A stretch of DNA of 64,000 nt from a virus. Shown here in pieces: positions 1 through 9,909 of the stretch. A program made the position numbers and the translations under genes. The stretch is taken from positions 96,001-160,000 of IMG/VR virus record IMGVR_UViG_3300028800_000060, one strand, 5' to 3'. The notes under the pieces were generated by a model. It saw only the letters and a program-made list of their open reading frames with translations, was not told the DNA's origin and ran no database searches. Within the stretch, counting starts at the first letter, position 1. Every line of letters begins with the position of its first letter.

Positions 1-190
1 GGTTTTTAGAATCGTATTTAGTTATTTGTTTTGCACTGACGAATGTTGTAAATGCCGTGCCGAAGTTTTGCCATATTTCTTTTTGCTTGGTCATTACACC
101 ATATAAAGTCAAAGAGAAAAGCATTAATAAAATGGCACCAGTTAGCGAAAATGCATCTATTAGTTTATAAAACCAACTATTTTTTTCCAT
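1..190 (-). CDS. small membrane protein, partial (runs off window)
   Basis: Manual translation from ATG at 190: MEKNSWFYKLIDAFSLTGAILLMLFSLTLYGV...; hydrophobic segment; TAAATA 7 nt upstream. Confidence 0.55.
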   Translation of the reverse strand, partial: MEKNSWFYKLIDAFSLTGAILLMLFSLTLYGVMTKQKEIWQNFGTAFTTFVSAKQITKYDSKN

Positions 191-192
191 TT

Positions 193-315
193 TTATCTAT
201 TTAACCTCTCTTGTTCTTCCTTAACATATTTTGCTACCAATTCCACATAAATATTTCTTTCCCAAGGAATCATTTCTTCTAACTCCGTCAATGAATATTT
301 GTAATGTAACATCAT
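193..315 (-). CDS. gp51: gp51-like baseplate hub assembly protein (probably the -1 frameshift extension of gp26)
   Basis: Manual translation MMLHYKYSLTELEEMIPWERNIYVELVAK matches the cyanophage-type gp51 motif; not in the ORF track; frame stays open up to the slippery site at 369-375. Confidence 0.8.
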   Translation of the reverse strand: MMLHYKYSLTELEEMIPWERNIYVELVAKYVKEEQERLNR

Positions 316-341
316 TGCATGATTGGTTAACAACAAGTTGC

Positions 342-1127
342 CTAAGGTTTCATGGCGGAGTCCAAGGCTAAAAAACTTCTGGTTCCTTCAACAACTATAT
401 CAACCTCATATTTACATTTCGGACATTTGAAATGTATTTTATGACGAATTGCTGGAATGGTGTCAAAAAATTTCATAATCTTGGCGAATTGAGTTTCCGA
501 AAGAGATTCTAAAAATTCACGCAATTCTTTAACATCCATAAATTCTCGTTCATAACATTTTCCCGCTGCATCATATATCATTTCCACGCAATCGATAATG
601 ATATTAAAAGATTCTTCTATATCATTTGTTTCCAAAACAGTATTTAATTTTTGAAAATTCTCGAATGTGGGATAACGCAGAATTATCCCAATACCATCTT
701 GAAGAGTAATTTTTGGATTATTTTCGGGGTTCTTAGTTACTTCAATTTCATCCAAATTAACGGGACACTGAACCACATTTCCACAATAATCACGAGTTTC
801 ACCATTATGGTCTTGTATTGTTGTACCATTAGGTAATTTATTTTGACATACAAATGGTATTACGGCAATTTCTTCGACAGATTTACTACGAATTTTTAAC
901 CAAACATAATCAATATCAAAAACTGGCATCTTAGCAACATCAATATTGCCTGTAATAATACAATTTTGTATCACTTGGCGAAGTGCTCTAATTTGGGTTT
1001 CTTCATCATCATCTACTGCCATTAATAATATTTTTTCTTCTTTGACAGTAAAGGGACGATATGTAATTTGTTTTCCTGAAGATGGCAAATTCAATGTGTA
1101 TGTAGGTACTTTTAGTTGAGGTAGCAT
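342..1127 (-). CDS. gp26: gp26-like baseplate hub assembly protein
   Basis: MLPQLKVPTYTLNLPSSGKQITYRPFTVKEEKILL; IRSKSVEE; C-terminal CPKC and EGxxSF typical of T4-like gp26. Confidence 0.9.
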   Translation of the reverse strand: MLPQLKVPTYTLNLPSSGKQITYRPFTVKEEKILLMAVDDDEETQIRALRQVIQNCIITGNIDVAKMPVFDIDYVWLKIRSKSVEEIAVIPFVCQNKLPNGTTIQDHNGETRDYCGNVVQCPVNLDEIEVTKNPENNPKITLQDGIGIILRYPTFENFQKLNTVLETNDIEESFNIIIDCVEMIYDAAGKCYEREFMDVKELREFLESLSETQFAKIMKFFDTIPAIRHKIHFKCPKCKYEVDIVVEGTRSFLALDSAMKP

Positions 1128-1132
1128 AGTTT

Positions 1133-1867
1133 TTATTTATTTCCTGAAGGATATATTGTTTTTTCAAAACCTTCGGGTGCACCACCCGCAGGTTGTATTG
1201 TCGTTGGTGTTCCAGAATTAACTCTTAAGTTTACCCATTTACGATATGTAAAGGTAATTGCTAATGTATGGTACGTATTGAATTGATCGTATGCCAATCC
1301 CATTTGTCCGATAGTGATAGGCCAACATTGGAAAAATCGTACACCATAATTAGCAACATCAAATTCATCTAATTGGAAAATATCCATTGTTGTTCCATAT
1401 TCCGATACATAATTAAAATCACTGGTTTCCGGATCTTGTACCGTATATGACCAAGCATCGAAGAAATGCCGCTCAATCATATCTTTTCCCACTATGAATG
1501 TTAGTGGTATATTTGCATACACATCCACAAAAGGCATCTGGAAAAATGAACCATAGGTTCTAACATCAGATGCATTGAATGACTTACCAGGTAATTCAGC
1601 CTTGCAACACATGAAATCCAAACGATTGGGTATATCAGTTTGTGATATACCCATCTGTTGAAAGTAATTAGGAACAATACCGTAAGATTGCGGACTTAAA
1701 CCTGTTCTTCCTGATAAGAAGGCTATGTTATCCCTTTGGTCTTGTGTTGTAGTATTTTGTAATACACCTGTTAGATTTGGTGGAACAATTTGAACTGCAA
1801 ATCTATTTGGTCGTGCAAGGCCGCCAGCCGCTGTGATTTGAGAAATTAATTCTTGTACTCTAGCCAT
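1133..1867 (-). CDS. gp54: gp54/gp19-fold tail tube initiator
   Basis: GGLARPNRFxV, CxxAELPGKS, FFDAW, WPxTIG, TFTYRKW motifs of tail-tube-fold proteins; position next to gp26/gp2. Confidence 0.7.
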   Translation of the reverse strand: MARVQELISQITAAGGLARPNRFAVQIVPPNLTGVLQNTTTQDQRDNIAFLSGRTGLSPQSYGIVPNYFQQMGISQTDIPNRLDFMCCKAELPGKSFNASDVRTYGSFFQMPFVDVYANIPLTFIVGKDMIERHFFDAWSYTVQDPETSDFNYVSEYGTTMDIFQLDEFDVANYGVRFFQCWPITIGQMGLAYDQFNTYHTLAITFTYRKWVNLRVNSGTPTTIQPAGGAPEGFEKTIYPSGNK

Positions 1868-1870
1868 GTG

Positions 1871-2596
1871 TTAACTCTTTGTTGGCAACCCATTTTTAGG
1901 TGCAACTTTTGCTTTTGTTGATGTTGTGGGAGTCCCTTTTGGAAGACCATTAGTTGAAGGTCCTTTTTGTGTTCCTGCTATAATAGCTTCAGAATCAGAC
2001 CATACGAAAGTTTTTCCTTTTTTAGAAAAGTTTTCAACTGGAAGAAACAATGCTGTTTCCCAATCAGGTGCTTCAATTTTAATATAATTTGACATTACAT
2101 GTTTATCGAGATACCGTTTTAAACATGGTTTAAAAGATTTAAATCTCGCCATACTTCTGAGAGACCGGTATGCCAACGCTAAACGGGCTCTCGGATCAGT
2201 TTGTGGTTTATTAATTACCGTAAGTAATTCATTAAATAACATTAGGCGACTTTTATATCCGAGATAATGTAAATTTATTCCCAAAAATCCATCAGTATAG
2301 AATTGTATTGGAAATACTAAAGGAAATTTATCATAATAAGGAAGTGTCTTTTTTAATTTAGGGTCATATACAAATAAGTACATAAAACCCTGAAAGGTAA
2401 TTTTCTTTGTCCTTTTTGTATCGTTCAACAATTCAGTTCTTAATGCTGATCCACGGTAATAGTGGGGGTCTTCTCCATATCCACTTAAAATTCTAATCTG
2501 GTTTCTGAACCATTTTATGGAGTCGTCTACTGATTTTGCGACGGGTTGAGATTTTAATTTTTCTCTAACCTTGTCAAGTATTGAAATTTGTGGCAC
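1871..2596 (-). CDS. gp2: gp2 DNA end protector protein
   Basis: YDPKLKKTLPYYDKFPLVF, GFLGINLHYL, PCLKRYL, WETALFLPVENF. Confidence 0.92.
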   Translation of the reverse strand: MPQISILDKVREKLKSQPVAKSVDDSIKWFRNQIRILSGYGEDPHYYRGSALRTELLNDTKRTKKITFQGFMYLFVYDPKLKKTLPYYDKFPLVFPIQFYTDGFLGINLHYLGYKSRLMLFNELLTVINKPQTDPRARLALAYRSLRSMARFKSFKPCLKRYLDKHVMSNYIKIEAPDWETALFLPVENFSKKGKTFVWSDSEAIIAGTQKGPSTNGLPKGTPTTSTKAKVAPKNGLPTKS

Positions 2597-2608
2597 AATA
2601 GTATTTAG

Positions 2609-3046
2609 TTAAGTACAATCAGTTTCGGTCATAATTTTAAATTCATAACCAGTTTTTTCACACCAACTTCTAGCTGCTTTCCATTTCATTTGATTTACAG
2701 CAAATGTTGCCAATGCTGTTTTATATCTCCTGGTTTTTCTTTTACTTTTTGGTAATATAGGAAGAGAACATTGTGAAAGTGGTTTCACTTCAATAAGATA
2801 TTTCTTTTCTGATCCATCACTACTTCTAACTTTAACTAAAAAGTCTGGAAAATATTGGTGTATTTTGCCATCTAAAGGTGATAGATATGGTAAACTCAAT
2901 TCTTCTGATGACCAAAATAAAATATTAGGATTACAATCAAATGTTTTCATACAATTTCGTTCCCAATTACTACGATAAATGATCTTGGTCGGATCACCTT
3001 TATATTTTTCGGGGTGTTGCGGTGTATATTTACCTTTATATGCCAT
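2609..3046 (-). CDS. gp4: gp4 head completion nuclease (TnsA-like PD-(D/E)xK)
   Basis: MAYKGKYxPxxPEKYKGDPTKIIYRSxWE, WSSEE, YFPDF, IEVKP, VNQMKWKAA. Confidence 0.93.
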   Translation of the reverse strand: MAYKGKYTPQHPEKYKGDPTKIIYRSNWERNCMKTFDCNPNILFWSSEELSLPYLSPLDGKIHQYFPDFLVKVRSSDGSEKKYLIEVKPLSQCSLPILPKSKRKTRRYKTALATFAVNQMKWKAARSWCEKTGYEFKIMTETDCT

Positions 3047-3058
3047 TATAAATATTTA
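3047..3058. promoter_or_regulatory. overlapping divergent T4-type late promoters
   Basis: TATAAATA on + (3047-3054) and TAAATA on - (3058-3053) between divergent gp4 and the gp48 operon. Confidence 0.75.
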
Positions 3059-3393
3059 TGGGAGGCAATACCATGTATGCCGATTTAATCCTTTATACCG
3101 ATCCTTCGCGTCCTTTAATTAATCCCAAATTTGATTTATTTGCCTGGCTCGACCTAGAAAGAACGCCAGTTTTATTTCCTGCAAAGAAAGTGGATATAGT
3201 ACATCTTACTTTACCAGAAAAATGTAAAACAATGACACGATTCCCCGATGATATTTGGGAATTTATTTCCTGGCAAGTAGAAGAACGCGGTTATGCCGTA
3301 GTTAGAGAAATTGATTCTGATTGGTTTTATTGGGCTATTCTTGCTAATAAATTTTATTTATTAAAGAATATGAGTTTATTCCAAAACAACTAA
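3058..3393 (+). CDS. hypothetical protein
   Basis: 111-aa ORF filling the gap between gp4 and gp48. Confidence 0.55.
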   Translation: MGGNTMYADLILYTDPSRPLINPKFDLFAWLDLERTPVLFPAKKVDIVHLTLPEKCKTMTRFPDDIWEFISWQVEERGYAVVREIDSDWFYWAILANKFYLLKNMSLFQNN

Positions 3394-3402
3394 ATATGGA
3401 AT

Positions 3403-4443
3403 ATGCCAGTAAAATTTCCATCGGGTAACATCAACGACCGTCAAAGCGCATCAAATCCATTAAAAGCTTTAGAGAATGACGGTTACAATGTTTCTAGTTT
3501 TACATATCCTATTGATTTAACAAATGACCCAGGTGAAAACCATATGGTTGTTTTCTATATCAATGAGTCTACAAATACACAATTCCAAACTAATACCCAA
3601 CAAGGTGTTATTAATCATGATATAAATGGAAATGCCGTATCTTTAAATCCCACTGGAACAAGTAGGTACAATAGTAGCAAGGGAGTGTCTGATTCTCTAC
3701 CTACAAATGCACCAACAATCAATGGCACATCGAATGTTTCAACATTTAATATAAGGCCTATCAATCGCGTGAGTACAAGTATCGCACTTTATATTCCACC
3801 ATTGGTACAAACTAGTTACCAAACTGATTGGGGAACGGTTGATTTTGCTGCCGCAGGTGGAGTTGCAAAAGCTTTATTGAATCAAAATGGACCTGACGTT
3901 ATAAAAGCTCTGGGAGAAGTTGGTATAGGAACACTTTCAGGTCTTTTAGACAGTGCTAAGGATGCTGCAAGTGGTAAATTAGGCATTACTGCTGAATTGG
4001 AAGCTGGCGTTTCTTTTGGTACTCGTGCATTAAGGAATCCAAATACTGAAATGTTATTTCGAGGAATTGGTTTCAGACAATATCAATTTGATTTCAAATT
4101 CACCCCAAGATCTGACCAAGAATCTCTTAATGTGTCCAATATTATTAAAGCATTTAAATTCTACGCATCTCCAGAAGTAAGGTCTGCTAATAATACACCA
4201 CGTTATTATATTTGGCCAGCCGAATTTGATATTGAATTCTGGAGTAATGGAAGATTAAACAATTTCATTAATAAAATTTCTACTTGTGCTTGCACTAATG
4301 TAACCGTCAATTATACAGGTTCAAATGGATGGTCAGCATTTCGTCCTGGTAGCTTGAATGGAATGGGTGTTGAGACCAACTTATCGCTTCAATTCCAAGA
4401 ACTCGAAATTATCACAAAAAATCGCGTACTCCAGGGATTCTAA
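3403..4443 (+). CDS. gp48: gp48 baseplate tail tube cap
   Basis: IALYIP, NPNTEMLFRGIGFRQYQFDFKFTPRS, C-terminal LSLQFQELEIITK. Confidence 0.9.
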   Translation: MPVKFPSGNINDRQSASNPLKALENDGYNVSSFTYPIDLTNDPGENHMVVFYINESTNTQFQTNTQQGVINHDINGNAVSLNPTGTSRYNSSKGVSDSLPTNAPTINGTSNVSTFNIRPINRVSTSIALYIPPLVQTSYQTDWGTVDFAAAGGVAKALLNQNGPDVIKALGEVGIGTLSGLLDSAKDAASGKLGITAELEAGVSFGTRALRNPNTEMLFRGIGFRQYQFDFKFTPRSDQESLNVSNIIKAFKFYASPEVRSANNTPRYYIWPAEFDIEFWSNGRLNNFINKISTCACTNVTVNYTGSNGWSAFRPGSLNGMGVETNLSLQFQELEIITKNRVLQGF

Positions 4444-4974
4444 ATGACACCGTATTTTAATAAATTCCCAAAAATCGCATATGATATCGATGGCACAGGA
4501 ACCAATAATCGCCTAGTCATTGACATATTACATCGTGCCAAATTCATCGATATTGTTCGACAAAATTTAATCATCTTCTATCCATATCACATAAAAGAGG
4601 GAGAAACACCCGAAATTATATCTGCCAAATTATATGGATCTCCACAATATCATTGGGTTATTTTATATGCGAATAATATCCACAATCTATGGACAGATTG
4701 GCCCTTGTCATATGACCAAATCCAAGCATATTTAACCCAAAGATATGGATCAGTTCCTACTGCACAAACAACGGTAGATCATTATGAAGATAAATTTGGT
4801 AATTTTATAGACTTAACAACCTATAATGCCACATTCTCACAAGGTAGTGTGATTATTTACGCCGATCAATACGCATATCGATTGAATGAAGCTAAAAAAT
4901 TAATAACACTTCCAGATCCTAAATTTGTTCCACAAATAGAAAATGAATTAGACCAACTTTTGGTAACACAATAA
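4444..4974 (+). CDS. gp53: gp53 baseplate wedge subunit (LysM-like)
   Basis: YFxKFPKIxY, IKEGETPEIISAKLYGSPQYHWVIL, WPLS, NEAKKLI. Confidence 0.9.
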   Translation: MTPYFNKFPKIAYDIDGTGTNNRLVIDILHRAKFIDIVRQNLIIFYPYHIKEGETPEIISAKLYGSPQYHWVILYANNIHNLWTDWPLSYDQIQAYLTQRYGSVPTAQTTVDHYEDKFGNFIDLTTYNATFSQGSVIIYADQYAYRLNEAKKLITLPDPKFVPQIENELDQLLVTQ

Positions 4975-6230
4975 TGCTCAATGCCACAGATTTTGAAATC
5001 AAGGAATTAGTACTTGAAAGTACCACAGGAATCGAAACAGATTTAATTTTTCTAATGCAAGAATTGAATGTGTATGAAAATATCCACAATACTTGTATTT
5101 CCGCAGACATTGTAATTTATGATGCCTTAAACGTTATCAAAAATTTACCAATTACTGGGCATGAATTCGTCAGGTTTTCTTTTCGAACACCGGGGCAAAA
5201 TTTCATTTCTTTACGTCTTAGGGTTTACAAAATCGATTTACGCGAATTGGATAAAATGCATGCTCAAGTATTTGCTATCCGTTGCGTTGATGATTCTGAA
5301 TTTCTAAATGCTCGGACTCGTATAAGTAAAGCATATAAAGGAAAATTGATTAGCGATATCGCAGAAGATATACAAACCAATTTTCTCTCGTCTTCTTTCA
5401 ATATTCTTGAGCCTACCAAGAATTTGCATCACATTATTCCACCCTATTGGACACCAATTAAAACTCTTAATTTTTTGGCTTCGCGAGCAAATAGTGCCCA
5501 ATATTTGGGTTCTAATTACGTTTATTACCAAACTGCCGATGGTTTCAATTTTGTATCTATTGAAAATCTTTGCGACCGGTCACCACTACAAAGTTATATT
5601 ATGCAACCAGCGAATATTCGTGACCAATCTGTTGCAGATGGATATGCCCCCAGAACGGTAGAAGTAGATGAAGTTGCTATCCAATCCTATAAGTTTGTAA
5701 ATAATTTCGATACACTAGAAAATGCTACAAATGGAATGTATACTAACCGTTTGATATGGCATGATATCCAAAAGAAACAATTTGGAGAAAATGATTTCTC
5801 TTATCCCAACAGTTACGATCAATACAAACACATCGAATTGAATAATGTTAAGGGTGGTTCTTCCCAATTATGGACATCTAGTTCTGATTATGATACCGAT
5901 GCATTTGGTTCCCTGAGAGTTACTCCAATTGGATTACCACTACAGGAAAATTATGTGACACAATGGCTTCAACCACGTTTATCACAAATGCAACAATTAC
6001 AGAATGTTCGGTTATTTGTAACTATTCCTGGTGATAGTATGCGGCGTGCTGGTGATTTGATTCAAATTACTCTTCCCTCTCCAGAAGCAAATATTGAAGA
6101 TCAAATCCAAATAGAAAATTATTTTACCAATCGGTATCTTGTTTCTGGTATCAGGCATCAAGTATCTCGGAAACAATATTTATCCACTATGGAGTTAATT
6201 AAAGATTCTGTTGCTCAATCATATCCATAA
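4974..6230 (+). CDS. baseplate hub protein (gp27/GpD-like)
   Basis: NVYENI, LPITGHE, GFNFVSIE, PGDSxRRAGDLI, YLVSGIRH, LIKDS; lies between gp53 and gp5. Confidence 0.75.
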   Translation: MLNATDFEIKELVLESTTGIETDLIFLMQELNVYENIHNTCISADIVIYDALNVIKNLPITGHEFVRFSFRTPGQNFISLRLRVYKIDLRELDKMHAQVFAIRCVDDSEFLNARTRISKAYKGKLISDIAEDIQTNFLSSSFNILEPTKNLHHIIPPYWTPIKTLNFLASRANSAQYLGSNYVYYQTADGFNFVSIENLCDRSPLQSYIMQPANIRDQSVADGYAPRTVEVDEVAIQSYKFVNNFDTLENATNGMYTNRLIWHDIQKKQFGENDFSYPNSYDQYKHIELNNVKGGSSQLWTSSSDYDTDAFGSLRVTPIGLPLQENYVTQWLQPRLSQMQQLQNVRLFVTIPGDSMRRAGDLIQITLPSPEANIEDQIQIENYFTNRYLVSGIRHQVSRKQYLSTMELIKDSVAQSYP

Positions 6231-6289
6231 TTTCTAAAATAAACAAAATAAAGAGATTATAATTATTTTCAAATATTTCAGGAAAACAC

Positions 6290-6318
6290 TTGACAAATTA
6301 CTCCGGCAACGCTATAAT
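6290..6318 (+). promoter_or_regulatory. sigma70-type early promoter
   Basis: TTGACA-17 nt-TATAAT perfect consensus heading a non-structural insert. Confidence 0.8.
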
Positions 6319-6364
6319 ATCAATGTAGTTATTTAAGAGTATAAAGGCCCATGAAGGGAAGTAA

Positions 6365-6604
6365 ATGCCATATAATTTACCAGAACAAAAGGGACGAAGT
6401 ATACTTCAGGTTGCTTTAGATGTTCATATGACAAACACAGGATCTTATGAACGTAGTGATACAGACCAACAAGAAGATATCCAATTATTGAGGAGAAAAT
6501 TAGATACATGGGAACCTCCTTACACAAATGCATTTGATGACGCTGTGAGAATTTTGATAGAAAGGGTATGGTTAGAATATCATCATGAATATAGGATCCG
6601 GTAA
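6365..6604 (+). CDS. hypothetical protein
   Basis: 79-aa ORF after promoter with purine-rich RBS. Confidence 0.55.
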   Translation: MPYNLPEQKGRSILQVALDVHMTNTGSYERSDTDQQEDIQLLRRKLDTWEPPYTNAFDDAVRILIERVWLEYHHEYRIR

Positions 6605-7034
6605 TTCATATCCCGCCAATGCTTTATCGAATTTTACACCACATCCATTTTTTCTCGATGGAGTGTTGTGTAATTCAATGGAAGGATTCCTCCAATCATT
6701 GAAATTTGATAAAGAACCTATCCAAGTAGAAGTATGTAAACTTGTAGGCCGAGCCGCCAAATTTCGTGGAAAGAAAAGAAATAAGGCTTGGCAAAGTAAA
6801 CAAACCTTATGGTGGAAAGGAATTCCATATCTTCGAGATGGCGCATCATATAAGGGCCTGTTGTTACGGGCATATGAAGCTATGTTTCGGCAATCAGATT
6901 CATTCCGACGGGCACTCAAAGCCTCCGGAGATGCAGTTTTTACTCATTCAATTGGTTCTTCAAAGGAAGAAATGACCGTATTGACGGAGCGTGAATTTTG
7001 TAGTATATTAAATGTAATGAGACATTTGTTATGA
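6585..7034 (+). CDS. NADAR-family protein (T4 gp30.3-like ADP-ribosylhydrolase)
   Basis: MNIGSGxxYPxNALSNFxPHPFxLDGVxCxSMEGFLQSLK, TLWWKG, FRRALxAS, HSIG, TVLTEREF. Confidence 0.85.
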   Translation: MNIGSGNSYPANALSNFTPHPFFLDGVLCNSMEGFLQSLKFDKEPIQVEVCKLVGRAAKFRGKKRNKAWQSKQTLWWKGIPYLRDGASYKGLLLRAYEAMFRQSDSFRRALKASGDAVFTHSIGSSKEEMTVLTEREFCSILNVMRHLL

Positions 7035-7355
7035 GCTTTTTAAACAAACTTAGGTTTTTTATTCGTGGGCGCTGTTATAAGTGCAATTGCAAAAAGAACC
7101 GTTTTGGTGCATGTTATTTGTGTAGTTTTGAAAAATGGTGATAAAATGGAAAGAGTTGAATTTCAAGAGGCTGTGAAATTGTGTGAGGAATGCATCGCAT
7201 TTTCTAATGGTGCTTTAGTAGGAAATGATTCACCTTTGCGGGAAAAAGCTAGAAAGATGTTTGGTCAAAGTACTGTAAGCCATATGTTGTATGTATGCAC
7301 CATGGTTTTCTATGAATTCGCACTAGAATATAAGGAAAACCATCTTTAGATTAAT

Positions 7356-7607
7356 ATGCTTGATAAAATTTACATTATTATGGGCTCGTGTGGTGAATGT
7401 GATCGCTACCGACACTGGAATGCTAGAGCCACTTATTCTAAGGATCATGCCGAACTTTTATGTCTTATCTTGCAAAATTTAGCTGATTCGGTTAAATATG
7501 GTACAGAAGAATATTATTCTTTAGCCAAAAATAATCCTTTTGATCCCTTATATCGATCAGATTGGGGTGGAACCGCATATTGGGTGACCGAAATGGAGAT
7601 CAGTTAA
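7356..7607 (+). CDS. hypothetical protein
   Basis: 83-aa ORF in a run of small co-oriented ORFs (7.0-8.2 kb). Confidence 0.55.
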   Translation: MLDKIYIIMGSCGECDRYRHWNARATYSKDHAELLCLILQNLADSVKYGTEEYYSLAKNNPFDPLYRSDWGGTAYWVTEMEIS

Positions 7608-7767
7608 TGTATGGAGATACTACTGTGACAAGAATTATATGCATCATATTGATGATGGTTATATTATTAGCAGGATATTCTTGCGAGCGATGGAAGTACC
7701 AAGAATGTAAGAAAGTTGGAGTTGGACATGATACAACATATTGTGTATTCCAATTATTGGATTCTAA

Positions 7768-8013
7768 ATGATCGAATACCAAATCATTCTTAATGTGTAT
7801 CTTCCTCAAAGTGGAGGAAGAACAATTAAACGGGTAATCAGTGGAACTGATAGAGATGCCATGGCAACGAAATTTAAATACCTAGGGACTCTTGCAACAG
7901 ATAAAAGTAAAGCCCGTGAACTCCAAGGTTGGTGCTTAGATAATGATATTCAAGGAACTATTGTTGGTACCGATGGTTTATATGGGGTTTCTTACATAAA
8001 GATTTTACCTTAG
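7768..8013 (+). CDS. hypothetical protein
   Basis: 81-aa ORF, start overlaps upstream stop. Confidence 0.55.
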   Translation: MIEYQIILNVYLPQSGGRTIKRVISGTDRDAMATKFKYLGTLATDKSKARELQGWCLDNDIQGTIVGTDGLYGVSYIKILP

Positions 8014-8021
8014 GAAAAATT

Positions 8022-8213
8022 ATGTTATTGTTTTTAGAAAGTTTTGCTGCTATTATAAAGTGTGGATTGTTGTTTGTTTTGTTTTGTTTGATTCCTATGT
8101 TGCATATCATTTGGTTTTGTTTTTTGTGGCTGTATGACGGACTTACAGCAACTGAATCAATTAAGGTACTCAAATCATTCTGGTTAGAGGCTATTCGAGA
8201 TTGTACTAAATAG
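8022..8213 (+). CDS. small membrane protein
   Basis: AGGA RBS; hydrophobic 63-aa ORF. Confidence 0.5.
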   Translation: MLLFLESFAAIIKCGLLFVLFCLIPMLHIIWFCFLWLYDGLTATESIKVLKSFWLEAIRDCTK

Positions 8214-8217
8214 ATAC

Positions 8218-9378
8218 GTGCCACAAGAAACTAATTACATGGGACTTTCAGGCTTTATTTGGTTCCATGGTGTTGTAGAAGACCGACAAGATCCGGATAA
8301 ATTAGGAAAAATAAAAGTCCGAATTTTAGGTTCTCACACAAAAGACAAATCGTTTATTAAAACTGAAGACCTTCAATGGGCTTATGTTTGCCAAGATATA
8401 ACATCAGCATCAATGAATGGAATCGGTTCTACTCCATTAGGTGTAGTTCCAGGTACATGGGTTTTTGGATTCTTTAGAGATGGTGAGTCTTGTCAAGAAC
8501 CTTGTATTTTAGGCACGTTTGGTGGTATACCACAAAATACGCCAGATAATACACAAGGTTTTAATGATCCTCGCGATTCATCTGGAACTACAGAAACTTT
8601 AGCAACAGCACCCCGTAATGTAGTTACACGAAATTATCCCATCGATGGTTCTGGTGCTAGTCTCATAAATGCTACAGCAGGGCCTCAATATCCTCGTTCC
8701 GATTTTATAGGTGAATCTGACACTCATCGTATTGCCCGAAATGAAAAAATCGGACAAACTGTACTACAAATAATCAAAAACATATATGATAAAGGTGTAC
8801 CAATTTCTTATGGTGGAACTTGGGACGAACCCAATATTTGGTATAATGGGGTATACCCATATGTACATGTAAATGAGTCGGAATCAGGTCATGTAAAAGT
8901 TATTGATGATACACCAAATTTTGAAGGACAATTAGATTTTGACCGGTCTGGATCTTTTAAGGAAAATCTCACAGATGGTTCAGTAGTTGAAAAGATTGTA
9001 AAAGATGGCTATACAATCGTTATGAGGGACGATCATATCCATATAATGGGTAACGAACAATCTCGGTGCGATCATGAATATAATCTTTCGATTGGTGGTC
9101 GTTGGAATATAGAAGTAAATGAAAATATTAACATAAAATCAGATGCTGGTGGTATATTCATTTCCGTAAAAGGAGATGCGAACGTTCAAGCCGGTGGTAA
9201 TGTTAATGTTCAATCGAATGGTGATACAAATGTTAAAGCCGGTGGAGCACTAAATGTTCAATCGGGTGGTGCTATGAATTTTAAAGCTGGTGGAACAATT
9301 GCGATGGATGGATCAGAAATATATTTCAACTCGGGTGTTTCAACGCCGGCCAATTCAGCCACACCACCTAAACAATAA
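8218..9378 (+). CDS. gp5: gp5 baseplate central spike (OB-fold plus beta-helix, no lysozyme domain)
   Basis: WFHGVVEDRQDPxKLGxIKVRILGxH, GTWVFGFFRDG, YPYVHVxESESGH, C-terminal VxAGGxxN repeats. Confidence 0.92.
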   Translation: MPQETNYMGLSGFIWFHGVVEDRQDPDKLGKIKVRILGSHTKDKSFIKTEDLQWAYVCQDITSASMNGIGSTPLGVVPGTWVFGFFRDGESCQEPCILGTFGGIPQNTPDNTQGFNDPRDSSGTTETLATAPRNVVTRNYPIDGSGASLINATAGPQYPRSDFIGESDTHRIARNEKIGQTVLQIIKNIYDKGVPISYGGTWDEPNIWYNGVYPYVHVNESESGHVKVIDDTPNFEGQLDFDRSGSFKENLTDGSVVEKIVKDGYTIVMRDDHIHIMGNEQSRCDHEYNLSIGGRWNIEVNENINIKSDAGGIFISVKGDANVQAGGNVNVQSNGDTNVKAGGALNVQSGGAMNFKAGGTIAMDGSEIYFNSGVSTPANSATPPKQ

Positions 9379-9519
9379 ATATGAACAAACAAAATTGTGA
9401 CATTGAATTTCCTGAAGAGTATTTCCTTAAAAAATACGATTCAGATGGAAAACTTTTTGAAGTTATTCATCTTAAAGGAGATGGATCCTTTAAGATTATT
9501 ACCGATAAGGAATCTTTGC

Positions 9520-9900
9520 ATGCCTTTAACTAACGCGGGAACAAATCTTTTAGCTCAAGCGATTGAGGGAGGAACATATACACCATATAATGCTACCCAT
9601 GCGTACATCGGTATTGGTGATAGTTTAAATGCTTTTAGCAAAACAAATACAGATCTCCAAGCTTCCACAAATAAAACATATAAACCGATGGACGCAACAT
9701 TTCCACAGGTATCTGGAAATATTATGACATTTCAAGCAACATTTGGTACCGGTGATGCGAATTATGCATGGAATGAATGGGCATTATTTAATGCTGCTTC
9801 GGGTGGCGTAATGTTAAATCGTAAAGTAGGAGCATTAGGAACTAAAACTAGCTCACAAACATGGGTGATGGTCGGTATTCTTACGGTAAATAATCCATAA
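9520..9900 (+). CDS. virion structural protein (tail-associated)
   Basis: Likely start MPLTNAG at 9520 (AAGGA RBS); ATFGTGDANYAWNEWALFNAASGGVMLNRKV resembles tail-fibre anchor proteins. Confidence 0.65.
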   Translation: MPLTNAGTNLLAQAIEGGTYTPYNATHAYIGIGDSLNAFSKTNTDLQASTNKTYKPMDATFPQVSGNIMTFQATFGTGDANYAWNEWALFNAASGGVMLNRKVGALGTKTSSQTWVMVGILTVNNP

Positions 9901-9909
9901 AGGAATAAA

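Noticed and set aside
2609-3046. Tn7 TnsA transposase
   Set aside because: Sequence and context identify it as gp4 head completion protein; no other Tns genes.
8218-9378. gp5 lacking lysozyme as a novelty
   Set aside because: Common among non-enteric T4-like phages.
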